A DNA stretch of 64,000 bases from positions 43,418,064 to 43,482,063 of the forward strand of contig JARDVH010000143.1 in NCBI GenBank assembly GCA_030324005.1, written 5' to 3'. Shown here one piece after another: positions 52,540-64,000 of the stretch (the first letter of the stretch is position 1; each line of letters begins with the position of its first letter). Source of the DNA: Negaprion brevirostris (lineage: Eukaryota). The notes beneath the pieces were generated by a model that saw only the letters and a list, made by a program, of their open reading frames with translations, had not been told where the DNA came from and ran no database searches. A program made the translations under genes and the position numbers.

Positions 52540-53185
52540 GGACACACCTCATCTACATCAAGGAATGAAGTGGAAGTGGTCAAGTGCTTCCACTCTTGAT
52601 GTCGGTGTCCAGATCGCCAACAACCTGTCCTAATCCCTGAGGTCGAAGCTCTAGTTAAGAAACCCCACCAATACCTCTACTTTCTTAGGAGGTTAAGGAC
52701 ATTTGGTGTATCCGCTACAATTCTCGCCACCTTTTAAGATGCACCATAGGAAGCATTCTTTCTGGTTGTATCACAGTTTGGTATGGCTCCTGCCCTGTCC
52801 AAGATTTCAAGAAACTTGAACGAATCCCAGTCCATCCACGCAAACCATCCTCCTATCTACTGACTCGGCAAAGCAGCCAGCATAATTAAGGACTCATGCA
52901 CCACGGACATTGTCTCTTCCACCTTCTTCCGTTGGGAAAAAGGTACAAAAGTCTGAGGTCATGTGCCAACCGACTCAACAACCGCTTCTTCCCTACTGCT
53001 GTCAGACTTTTGACTAGACTTAGCTCGCACTAAGTTGATCTTTTTCTGCAGCCTAGCTATGACTGTAACGCTACATTCTTCACTCTCTCTTTTCCTTCTC
53101 TATAAGCAGTATGCTCTCTGTACAGCATGCAAGAAACAATACTTTTCACTGTATACTAATAGATGTGACAAGAAATCAAATAAAG
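52540..53185 (+). mobile_element. Rex1/Babar-clade LINE 3' fragment
   Basis: Encodes remnants VKKPHQYLYFLRRLRTFG and TIGSILSGCITVWYG; tail aagaaacaatacttttcactgtatactaatagatgtgacaagaaatcaaataaa. Confidence 0.8.
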
Positions 53186-54740
53186 CTGAAGAGGAACATT
53201 TTATGATTTCCATGCTAACTCTGAACATACAGGAAGAAGCAAACTATTTAGAAAAATAACCAACGACACAAACATGAAATTATCCTTGCAAAGTTAACCT
53301 CATTCCTGAAGTTTAGAGTGATTACTTAACAGATTTGTTCTCATCCAAGCTGGCATGCCAAGCATCCACATGATATTGAGACAGTCACAACTGAGTTGGG
53401 GTATTTGGAATAAAGGTAAATCTTTCAATAAAAGTAGTAGAGCACTTTTAAATACCATGTCAAACTGCAAACACTTTGAACAAGATGACAAGACTTCCAA
53501 ATTGTTACTTTTGAAGTGTGCGAAATATTCACTGGCATTTGGATCATAAATTCAAGTGAAATGTCATAAATGTTGTTTTGTAATGCAGAAACAATTCATT
53601 GCAAACTCGTGCTAAAGAATAAGGTATAATTGGAACTTTTAACAAATATATTCTAAAATAATTCTATTCAAAAGGTCTGACAGCACTCGCATTTAGATGG
53701 CCGTGTGGATTGGCTGAATGCCTGCTCTTTCCTCCATGCCAGAGATCATGGCTTACTCTGGATCGCAAAGCAGGGCACTGAGCAAAGGACGAGATATATT
53801 CGGAACATTAAGGCTATCGAGCACCGCAATATTCTACTAAATTGTACGCTGGAAACTGAGTCAGATAGATTTCACAATAAAATCAACTGCTGCTTCCTGG
53901 GTTGACGACATGGGATGTAAAGCAGATTTCAAATTCATGTGTGGTTGGCATATCAACAGTTTCAGATACTAAATCTTGGCAAGTGGTCATTCTTTCACAA
54001 ACAATCATAACTCTACAATGCACTGCTAGAACTAGTGGCTAGCTTTAACTCCAAGTGTTGGAGATTGGACTTGATAATAAATGGATTCAAAGACATCGAC
54101 GTGCAGTCCATTATTTTAATTAAAAGAAACTAGGTCATCCCATTTGCTGAAACTTATCTTTCTAATCAAAAGAGTTTTATTTTCTCCAGCTTCAGAATTG
54201 AGGGTGGGTGTGGATTTAAGGCAGCAATATAATACATTGCAATGGAATCAAAGTTCGTGGATTCTTTTGTGTGCTTTTGGAGGTGGAGGGCAACATCTAA
54301 AGCTCTTGGCATGTCAGGGCTTCTGGCACAAGTGTAGCAGGGGTATAGACTATGCATGATCAATTCCAGGTTCCCTTTGNNNNNNNNNNNNNNNNNNNNN
54401 NNNNNNNNNNNNNNNNNNNNNNNNNNNNNNNNNNNNNNNNNNNNNNNNNNNNNNNNNNNNNNNNNNNNNNNNNNNNNNNNNNNNNNNNNNNNNNNNNNNN
54501 NNNNNNNNNNNNNNNNNNNNNNNNNNNNNNNNNGCTCAGAAAACCATTGGAAATGATAGCTCCATGCTCCTAGAGAGTAGGCGCCCAGAGAAATTCTGGA
54601 ACAGCTGTCAGCTCATTGAAGCTAGCAGTTGGGGAAAAGTGTAGCCCATGGCGAACCATGACTGTTTGCTCAGCACAGCTAGATAGTTGGTATCATTTAA
54701 GTGGTGAAATGCTAAGTTGCAACCTGGTCAACCCAACAGG

Positions 54741-55405
54741 ATGTGGAGATGCCGGCGTTGGACTGGGATAAACACAGTAAGAAGTCACAACACCAGGTTA
54801 AAGTCCAACAGGTGGTAGCAAAATCCACTAGCTTTTGGAGTGCTGCCCCTTCGTCAGATGAGTGGGAGATCTATTCACAAAAAGAGCACATAAAGACAAA
54901 CTCAATTTACAAAATAATGATTGGAATTCTTGCAAGTCTTTACAAGTAAAGAAGCCTTAAAGTTACAGACAATGTGAGTGGAGAGAGCATTAAGCACACA
55001 TTAAAGAGATGTATATTGTCTCCAGACAGGACAGTTAGTGAGATTTTGCAAGCACAGGCAAGTTGTTATGGGGGTTACAGATAGTGTGACATGAATCCAA
55101 GATCCTAATTGAGAGCGTCCTCGTGTGCGGAACCTGGCTATCAGTCTCTGAACAGCAACTCTTCGCTGTCGTGTGTCGTGAAGGGTGCCTTGTAGAACAC
55201 TTACCCGAAGATCAGGACAAATGCCCGTGACCACTGAAGTGTTCCACAACAGGAAGAGAACAGTCTTGCCTGGTGATTATCCAGTAGTGTTCATTCATCC
55301 GTTGTTGTAGCGTCTGCATGGTCTCCCCAGTGTACCATGCCTCAGGACATCCTTTCCTGTAGTGTATCGGGTAGACAACGTTGGCCAAGTTGCAAGAGAA
55401 TGCAA
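54741..55405 (-). mobile_element. Penelope-like retroelement 3' fragment: C-terminal GIY-YIG endonuclease plus pLTR
   Basis: SCNLANVVYPIH..CPEAWYTGET.Q.L..RMNEH..PVVEHF..GH, then LRVSVLQG..R..QRLIARFRT; GIY-YIG pattern typical of PLEs; CTGACGA hammerhead-like motif at 54857-54851. Confidence 0.85.
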
Positions 55406-55864
55406 CCCAACAGGTAGCAGTTTTGGACAAGGTGATTGAGTAGCTGGGAGATAAGCAGTCAGGGAAGTCTGAGCTGGAGTCAGTATTATCTGGCAACTTA
55501 ATGCAAGTTGAAGCAGCGAGAAGGCTTCCAGGCTGAAATGCAGCTGCTGCTTGGGAGATGAGCTGAAATCTCTCATGTAGAAGAGAGAGTTTGAAAGGAT
55601 TTTGTGACTCAGTAATCACTGACACATGGGTGGGTTGCTTGATGAGTTTGTAGGATCTGTCTTCATTTTGCCTACGAAATTAGTGAAATTTATGGTGTTT
55701 GACCACTGTTGCGCTGTTAACTCAGATTTACTTCATCTCAATTCTGCATATTATTACAGCGCAAGATGAAGTGCTGTTCACATGTTTTTTGCTGTTCTGT
55801 TGTTAAAAAACTTAATTTGTTTAAATCTTGTTGCATTATTCTATTAATGAACACATGGGATTCA

Positions 55865-55991
55865 GAGGAGGCAGTGGCGCAGTGGTATAGTCACTGGACT
55901 AGCAATCCAGAAACCGAGGATAATACTCTGGGGACCAGTTCAAATCCTACCGCAGCGGATGGTGGGTTTCAAATTAAATAAAAGTCTGGAA
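55865..55991 (+). mobile_element. tRNA-derived SINE head (SacSINE-like)
   Basis: ggcagtggcgcagtggtatagtcactggactagcaatccag (A box) and gttcaaatcc (B box). Confidence 0.7.
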
Positions 55992-56091
55992 NNNNNNNNN
56001 NNNNNNNNNNNNNNNNNNNNNNNNNNNNNNNNNNNNNNNNNNNNNNNNNNNNNNNNNNNNNNNNNNNNNNNNNNNNNNNNNNNNNNNNNNN

Positions 56092-56168
56092 GTCCCCTCG
56101 AAAGCTTGTGAGTTTACTATCAAATAAATCGGTTGGACTAAAACCTGGTGTTGTCAGACTTTTTACTC
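56092..56168 (+). mobile_element. Penelope-like pLTR fragment
   Basis: cgaaagcttgtgagtttactatcaaataaatcggttggactaaaacctggtgttgtcagactttttact; reverse-complement match to 17975-18028. Confidence 0.7.
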
Positions 56169-56896
56169 TAACTTGAAACAGCTTCCGATTTTCACTGTCT
56201 CCAAATACAGATAACAGCTCCTTGATACTGTATGCCCAGCCCAGTACATAGCCATCATAGTCATGTCCTCATCACCAGATATACCCTGGACAATGGTCTT
56301 TACTCCCCAAACTTTGATCTGCTTTGAACAACTCACCTTGTTCCATCCCTCTCATGTCTCTCCCAAAATCACCCTTGGGTGGGATTCAAACATGGGAGTT
56401 CTTTGAAAACAAGGGTCGGATTTGGAAAGTGACAATAACCAAGTATTTTAGAGAAGAAAGGGACATTGGAGATCAGGTAGTCATTTACAAGATACAGGGA
56501 TCAATAGTTGAGTGCACAACAGGGGTGATGACAGCACATTAAAAGGAAAGCCAAAAACACCCAGTGAGAGAATCATTTACACTATTAACACTGGGGGGCC
56601 AGGAGGGCAAGTTCTGTTTAAATTTTCCTTTCGTGTTAATGACTTTTATCATTTTTAAAATCCCAGAAGTGTTATTTGAACTCTATGCTTCTGAGATCAA
56701 TTCCTCCTTATTTTCAGAATGCAAAAAGATTATTTAGTGTGCAGGAAGACAATTTTCCTTCTGCGATTTAGCTTCCTTAGCAAATAATATGTGCTGTAGT
56801 CATGACATGATTCTTATCTATCCAATTACCATCAGAGAATAATTTTCAATCGTCAGACGTAAAATAGCGTGGATACTGGAATCTGAAACAAGACAT

Positions 56897-57085
56897 AGAA
56901 AATGCTGCAAAATCTCAGCAGGTCTGACAGCATCTGTAGAGAGAGAATAGAGCCAACATTCGTCAGGATGACCCCTCTTCAGAACAGGACGAAGCTCTGA
57001 CCAAGGGTCATTCTGACTTGAAACGTTAACTTCTTTCTCTCTCCATGGATGCTGTCAGACCTGCTGAGATTGTGCAGCATTTTCT
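56897..57085. repeat. ~190-bp imperfect palindrome built from inverted pLTR-like arms
   Basis: agaaaatgctgcaaaatctcagcaggtctgacagcatc ... gatgctgtcagacctgctgagattgtgcagcattttct; arms about 85-90 bp with a spacer of roughly 10 bp. Confidence 0.9.
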
Positions 57086-57099
57086 GAACTTGCAAATGC

Positions 57100-58100
57100 T
57101 TCCGCTCTCCCTGCTCCCTTACTTCCTCTATCCCCCGAGGATTGATGCATGGCCTCCTCCTGTTTCTCAGCTACATGCTGCCCCTTGGCAAATCCATTTG
57201 AAGGCACAGCATTAGTCTTCACATGTACATTGCCAACACCTAGCTCTATCTCACTGCCACCTTTCTCAACTCCACCACTGTTGCTAAACTATCAAACTCT
57301 GCTTATCTGACATTCAATACTGAATTAGATGTTTTACAATCAAACATTGGCGAAGAAAGACAACACTGCTTTCGGTCCTGCTCCAAACTCTGTTCCCCAG
57401 CTAGTGGTCCCATCCTTCTACTCAGCAACAAGACAGCACTGCTGCCTCACATCGCCATGGATCTGAGTTCAATTCCTGGCTTGGGTCACGTGGATTCTGC
57501 ACGTTTTCCCTCCTTCTGCACGGGTTTCCTTTGGGTGCTCCGGTTTCCCCTCATAATCCAAAAGATGTGCTGATTAGGTACATTGGCCATCCTAAGTTCT
57601 ACCTCAGTGAACTCGAATAGGTGCCAGAGTGTAGTGACTGGGGGATTTTCACAGTAACTTTGTTGCAGTGTTAACTTAAGTCTACTTCTGACTAATAAAT
57701 AAACTTTAAACTTTCAATTGATTCAGATTCTTGGCATCACATGACTCCAAGATGCGTATCTAACCTCATTTTTGCGCCACTGGTAAGACTGTTTATTTCC
57801 TCATTTTTGGAGGCCTCTACACTCCAATATCATGTAATCTGAATATGAGATAGCTGCTCCTCTAACTCTGGTGTCTTGTGCACTGCCAGTTTTAATTGCT
57901 CCACCATTGATACTATACCCGCTGTTCTGTGAACCCCAAGCTTTGGAATACCATCCCGACAGCTTGCTAATTCACTTCCCTCCATTAAAACCTTGCTTGA
58001 ATCCAAGCTTTCGGTCATCAGATGTAATACCTTCTCATGGGGCTCGGTGTCATAATTTGTTTTATAATGTTCCTTTGAAGCACTTTGAGACATTTTATTA
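57100..58100 (+). mobile_element. L2 LINE RT and 3' fragments interrupted by a SINE
   Basis: LLLFLSYMLPLGKSI..HSISLHMY motif; tail ctcggtgtcataatttgttttataatgttcctttgaagcactttgagacattttatta. Confidence 0.7.
57434..57713 (+). mobile_element. V-SINE variant with a non-CR1 tail
   Basis: agcactgctgcctcacatcgcc...gggtttcctttgggtgctccggtttcc; tail cacagtaactttgttgcagtgttaacttaagtctacttctgactaataaataaac. Confidence 0.8.
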
Positions 58101-58339
58101 CCTCTGTTCCCTCAAAGTACCCCAGAAGATGCACTGGGGAACCCCTCAGAAGGCAAGGACTGCAGAGGAATTGCCCAGGAACTTTCTATTTCTGCTGGGC
58201 AATTACCCTGAATCTGGAAGCCTCTGAAATTGATTTAAAGTCAGTGAGATTTCAGAGGTTCGAACTCTCCTAGCAGAACCAGGAAAGGTTCAAAGGAATA
58301 AAGCAGTTCGAACTCCTGAGCCACTACACTAATTCCATG

Positions 58340-58845
58340 AGTAACCACACACCCCAAACATCCTCTTTTCCATGTTCTTCTGACAGGAAAAAGATACAAA
58401 AGTCTGAGATCACGTACCAACCAACTCAAGAACAGTAACTTCACAGCAACTTTTGCATAGTAACTTCATTGCAATGTTAATGTAAGCCTTGTTGAGACAC
58501 TAATAAACAAACTTCAACAACTTTAAAAAGAACACTGCTTCCCTGCTGCTATCAGACTTTTCAATGGATCGACCATGTATTAAGCTGATCTTTCTCTACA
58601 CCCTAGCTATGACTGTAACAGTACATTCTGCACCCTCTCCTTCCAGTGTCTCTCNNNNNNNNNNNNNNNNNNNNNNNNNNNNNNNNNNNNNNNNNNNNNN
58701 NNNNNNNNNNNNNNNNNNNNNNNNNNNNNNNNNNNNNNNNNNNNNNNNNNNNNNTCTATAAACGGTATGTTTTGTCTGTACAGCATGCAAGAAATAATAC
58801 TTTTCACAGTACGTTAAGACATGTGACAAGAATAAATAAAATCTG
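58340..58845 (+). mobile_element. Rex1/Babar 3' fragment with a nested SINE-tail insert
   Basis: ggaaaaagatacaaaagtctgagatcacgtaccaaccaactcaagaacag is homologous to 52934-52990 and has the same tail; insert at about 58436-58525. Confidence 0.75.
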
Positions 58846-60375
58846 AATGCTCCCCATCTACCACACATGCTTATTTTCTCTCCTGTGGGAGTATAGCTGG
58901 GACATTTAAACCTACTGGAACATTGCAGGTAGTGCTGGACAAAGGGGGCGTGTCTTCACTTCATCCAAAAATCTTATGGGCTTGAAGAGCAGCTGCGCTA
59001 CATATCTCACAGCAGGTCCAGATTGGACGTCCAGGCAAGTAAAAAAAGGAGCAAATAGCAATCCAACAGTGATTGCCACTCCATGGAAAATTCAGCCTAC
59101 AGTGGCAGAAAAATGTCGGGCAAGACTATTAACTGACATTTCCTATTCTACCAATCATTCTCAAAATGGAAAACTTAGGAATTTGGAACCTCAGTTATGA
59201 CTGAAATACTACGAAATACACAGTTCTGGTGATACTATGGATTGCCTTTGATTTATTGGATGGCAGAGTCAGGCAGAAAAAGCCAATCACTCAAACATGT
59301 TGAAGGGTGGAAAATTTTATTCTAAGTTTATTCCCATGGCACCACTGATTGAATTATCCCAGCCATCTTAAACACAACATAACATCCAAGACAAGAAATC
59401 AGAAGTATGTTTAAGACCAAATCCAAAACAGTATTAAGCACGCATCATACAGCATAACAAAAAGACAAATATTCCTCCTCAGTTAACATGTGAAAAAATT
59501 GATATTAGGCTCTAGTATCTCAGCCTTAAACATATTATCCAACGTGGACCTCTGCCATACATATTAGAAGGTCCCAGGTTTGATCACATAACCTGCACCA
59601 AGTTATCTATTCTCAGTCAATATGGCAGTTGAGTTTAACGATTGGCCTCAGCATTCAGAACTAAGAAGAAAAAGGAAAACAAACAAAACAAAGCTGCCAT
59701 TTGATTTGAGAACATTTTTGCAATGGCATATCAGCATCAGACTGCATTTAAGAGGAAACTGTCTATTAGGCTGGATTGACAAATTAGAATGGGCAAAAGA
59801 AAGAGGAAAAGCTTGGCACATATGTTATAACAGTTCGCCATTATCCCGGTCCTTCGGTACCAGTCTATAACAACTTGTATAGCACCATTAATGTAATGAA
59901 ACATCCCAAAGTGCTTTCCGTAGTCACCTATGTGGGATAATTGGCTTGCCCTGCCCCTTGATGTTGAATTTTCTGGCAGACGGTCTCCATGCTGTTGAGC
60001 TCAGCACAATGAAATACCTTGTTTGTGATTTTGTTCTGCCATCAAAATCACATTGATGGACCTTAGGTGTCTTTGGCTGTATTAAAGCTTTGAAGTTGCA
60101 CCTGTAGCAGCCATAGATCCTGCTCCATACAGCATGTGCTAACTGCAATGGTCTGGTACAGTTACTTCTTAAACAGTACATGAAACTTAGGCAAAGGAGA
60201 GCAACTGGGGCTGCAAAGTAGTACAGGTCCATAGAAAAAAACTTAAGAGTCTTTCATGAGCTTAGTACATCCTCAAGCACTTTACAACAAACTTTCTCAG
60301 GGCAGTCATTGTTGTTGCATCGAACATCCTTGCACTGTGCATGCCCTATTTGTTGAACTGCAATATTCCTTTAAG

Positions 60376-60525
60376 ACATAGAACATTACAACGCAGTACA
60401 GGCCTTTCAGCCCTTGATGTTGCGCCAACCTGTGAAACCAATCTAAAACCCATCTAACCTACACTATTCTAATATCATCCATCTGTTTAACCAATGACCA
60501 TTTAAGTGCCCTTAATGTTGGCACT
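60376..60525 (-). mobile_element. CR1 3' tail
   Basis: acatagaacattacaacgcagtacaggcctttcagcccttgatgttgcgcc. Confidence 0.75.
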
Positions 60526-60959
60526 GCCATGGTACATCTCAAAAGGACCGCTTCGTGTACATGGGCAGTTTGCAGCTGCACCACAAGTTCTGGGATGCAG
60601 TGCAGCTGGGAAGTTGAGAGGGAAAGTTGTTAATTATGCATTCATCAGCAGCATTCTGTCTAGTAAGACAATGGTTTACTCTGTGCTGGTCAACTCTTGG
60701 CCCAGCAGCACCATTCTGGCACAAGAGTTTGCCATAAGGCAGTGGGCCAAGGTAGTACTGGCTGCCATTTCCTCCAGGCCTCCTCTTAGCTAGATGAGTT
60801 TTTCATTTCTGCTCACCTCCAAACTGAACCACCAGAGGTCATAGTCATCTCCCAATTGTAAAGTTCAATATCCATTACCTTCACATCAAACTTGCAATGT
60901 CCTTGTAGTTGAAGGACGAACATTTAGGACAGTTTTAGATTTTGCGGCCACAATAAAAC

Positions 60960-61198
60960 CCCTACAACGTTGAAGCAGCCACTTGGCCCATCAAGCCTGC
61001 ACCAACAATAATCCTACCCAGACCCTATCCCCGTAAACCAAAGTATTTACCCTGTTAGTTCCCCTGACGCCACGGGGCAACTTAGCATGGCCAATAAACC
61101 TTACCTGCGCATCTCTGGAGCATGGAAGGAAATCTGAGCACCCAGAGGAAACCCTCACAGACAGGGGAAGAATTAACCACTGTGTCACCATGTCACCC
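60960..61198 (-). mobile_element. HE1/V-SINE-like SINE, internally deleted
   Basis: ggggcaacttagcatggccaat...gagcacccagaggaaaccc...taaccactgtgtcaccatg. Confidence 0.8.
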
Positions 61199-62684
61199 AG
61201 AATCATCTATCTGACGAACATGGCTGAGCCAGTGTCGATATCATTGCTGAACCAATGATTCTATGCCAAGAAATTGACTCACCGCAGGACCTCTTGAATT
61301 AATCAAGAGAATCTCGATAGTTAACAACACAACAGAGCACAAGAGCCCATAAAGAGCAATTTGGTAACGATCAGATTTCTGTACTGAACTGTCGTTGAAG
61401 AATAAATACTGGCCAGATTATTAGTTCCTCTACAAAACAGGTTTTCACATTACAAGTGGCTGGACTTTAAAATAACTTAATGGGCTGTTAAGCACTTTGG
61501 ACATCTGGTGTTGACAAAAAACACTTATGAATATAAGTCTTTCTTTAAAGGGAATATTTCATGTTCACCTGAAGGAGCCTTAGCTAATTTCTTATCCAAA
61601 AGACCTTCACGAGCGCAGCTCACATTCAGTACTGTAATCAAGTGTCAGCCTGGATTTTGTTTTCAAGACTCAAACATGAACCACAATTGCTTATTTTTTC
61701 ATATACAAACATTCTGTCAATCCATTCTCAACAGGAAATATTTTGGCTTGTTTTGTCCATTACTTCTGATTTAATAGCAGGAACAAGTAAGTTGTGCTCT
61801 CCTCTCACCAACAATTTCAATCACGAATTGGCAGAGAACAGCTGTCAAGATCAGATAGTGCCATCATGGGCTAAGATACTTCAGTAAAGCAAAACATATT
61901 GATCACTGGCATTCTGGCAATGAGAGCTGGCATAGCAGTGGAGTTAAAATTGATACATCAGGCTCCCAGTCTCCATAAGTCAATGTTTTTATTGGGGCAG
62001 AAATAGGACAATGATCTGTAATTTATAGAGGTTTTGATAACAAAACATCCTCTGAATCTGACTCATGAGTCAACAGTTCCTCAAGCATAAACTGATGCAG
62101 AAATTCTTAAATTGCAATCTGTCATTCAATGTTCTGCCACAGGCTGTACTACAAACAACTCCACAACCCTGAAGCCAGCAATCAGCAAAATCAATTATCT
62201 GATAGGAACCTCTTTGTTAGGCTTGCATATCTCCATAAAAGGTCAAAATTATTCACCAAGATGCATTTTTAATAAGGATCCAAGTAATAACTAACAAACA
62301 CAAATGTGGGTCCAAGAAGTACTTGGAATGTTGTTAAAATATCTTCATCATAATAATTCATAAATTTTTAACCCCTTATTAAAATAATTAATTTCTTTTC
62401 AGAGTTTATTCATATTTCATCCAAGGTGTATTCTCAGGTGCATGCCCCAATCTGTGTTTCACTCTTCAAAATTTGTTGAAGTGATTTTATTAGTGCTTTT
62501 CGTTTCATAATTGCACGTGGGAATTCTTTAATGTATCTGACTGCTTGGACATCTCGACGACATCAATGCAGCTCAACTCTGGAAATCCCAATGAAACAAA
62601 GCTGCTACTAAATACGCAAAGAATTAAAAGTTGTCACCAGAGACCGATGGATCTCTCCTTCTAACACATGAGGAGTAAGTACCC

Positions 62685-63146
62685 TGTATGGAGTTTGCAC
62701 TTTCTCCCAGTGTCTGCATGGATTTCCTCTGGGTGCTCCAGTTTCCTCCCACAGTCCCAAGATGTGCAGGTTAGGTTGACTGGCCGTGCTAAATTGACTC
62801 TAGTGTGTCANNNNNNNNNNNNNNNNNNNNNNNNNNNNNNNNNNNNNNNNNNNNNNNNNNNNNNNNNNNNNNNNNNNNNNNNNNNNNNNNNNNNNNNNNN
62901 NNNNNNNNNNGTATGGAGTTTGCACTTTCTCCCAGTGTCTGCATGGATTTCCTCTGGGTGCTCCAGTTTCCTCCCACAGTCCAAAGATGTGCAGGTTAGG
63001 TTGACTGGCCGTGCTAAATTGACTCTAGTGTGTCAGGGACATTAGTGGGGTAAATGTGTGGGGTTGCGAGAATAGGGCCTGGGTGGGATTGTAGTTGGTA
63101 CAGACTCGTGGACCAAATGGCCTCCTGTGCTGTAGTGATTCTATGA
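62685..63146 (+). mobile_element. HE1/V-SINE-like SINE (125 bp duplicated across a 100-N gap)
   Basis: gtatggagtttgcactttctcccagtgtctgc... at both 62686 and 62911; CR1-like tail ggaccaaatggcctcctgtgctgtagtgattctatg. Confidence 0.85.
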
Positions 63147-63329
63147 TCTTGGTTTCGCCACTGACTGCAAAATCCAGATTCTTATAAACACAAGAACTCT
63201 CCTCACTTTTAGAAGCTATACAATGCAGATCATACTGTATGTAACACAAAAAAGGTAATCACCACAAAGCCTATTAGCAAAACAAACACAGAATTATAGT
63301 ACAATCCTTGAGAAGGAATCTGAAAACAT

Positions 63330-64000
63330 CTTTATCCAAATGGGGGAGGGTCCAAAAAAGCAATGCTCAACCCTCAGCTCACCAGTCTCTTCAATTTATT
63401 AAAAGATCAGTTTCCTCAGAACTCCCTCCTTTTCAAATCTGCTGTCACCAGTCCTCAACTCAATAAAACTCACCCTTGATTCCTGGCCTTGCAAACTACT
63501 GTTCCATCATCAACTCTCTCTTTTCCTAAGTTCTGAATATGTTGCCACCATCAAAATCCACAAGCGCCTTTCCAAAAACTTCCATGTCTGAATCCCTCCA
63601 AACAGATTTTCACCCTTGCAACTGCAAGACAGCAAAGTCACATATAGCACCCTGAGACTGTGGCGAAATATTTCTCCTCATCCTTTGCTGTTTGACTGCA
63701 ACTTTGGTATAGTTGACCATGTCCCTTGAATACCTCTCCATTGTTCAGCAGGTGAGACTGCACTAGTCTCTCTCAATTCTTCACTGATCCAAAAAAAATC
63801 ACATACAATCACTTCTATACCACTATGTACAGTGCTCCCCATGGTCTGATCTTGAGCCACACCAATTTCTCAGTTACCTTCTCTCAACATAATCCAAAAA
63901 CTTGTCAGGCTCCATAGGTACATCAATGATTCCCAGCTCTACCTCATGATCACCACCACCTCTCTCAAAGACTACTACTTTTTTTTGTCATGTTGCTTAT
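63330..64000 (+). mobile_element. Decayed L2 LINE RT fragment
   Basis: tttcaaatctgctgtc...ccttgcaaactactgttccatc (L.NY.PI), tgaatccctccaaacagattttcac (E.LQ.GF), tgactgcaactttggtatagttgaccat (FD.VDH). Confidence 0.6.

Noticed and set aside
55865-55960. Possible tRNA gene
   Set aside because: A and B boxes are present but there is no cloverleaf, and it continues into a SINE body.
62686-63035. 125-bp tandem duplication inside a SINE
   Set aside because: Near-identical copies directly flank a 100-N gap; assembly overlap.
46088-64000. ILRUN exon 1 or promoter
   Set aside because: No MEGMD..QKFSC-like coding sequence or CpG island was seen; exon 1 must lie beyond the window (intron 1 over 17.9 kb).
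1-64000. CRISPR arrays, operons or prokaryotic defence systems
   Set aside because: The sequence is eukaryotic with spliced exons and retroelements; no regularly spaced repeats or dense ORFs were seen.

Overview
Vertebrate genomic DNA, very likely a cartilaginous fish (shark), judged from HE1/V-SINE-, DeuSINE-, CR1-, L2-, Rex1/Babar- and Penelope-type repeats; AT-rich draft assembly with many N gaps. The only protein-coding gene I can support is ILRUN (C6orf106) on the minus strand. Exons 2 (45933-46087), 3 (36854-37051), 4 (split: 32540-32699 and 31522-31800) and 5 (15268-15303) have canonical GT-AG sites and consistent phases. Exon 1 lies beyond position 64000, and a probable long 3'UTR runs toward about 13000 or further. 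The rest is intronic or intergenic sequence full of decayed retroelements; almost all other listed ORFs are spurious or N-gap artefacts. Most notable observations: (1) 110 nt of exon 4 occur twice, with the acceptor-bearing copy fused to a CR1 3' end (real duplication or insertion versus assembly artefact); (2) many Penelope-like pLTR remnants carry hammerhead-ribozyme-like cores, including a ~190-bp palindrome with one core per arm; (3) inverted V-SINEs flank the symmetric exon 3; (4) a V-SINE has a swapped 3' tail; (5) unexplained candidate exons lie downstream of ILRUN. I found no convincing novel biological system. Repeat boundaries are by eye and approximate.
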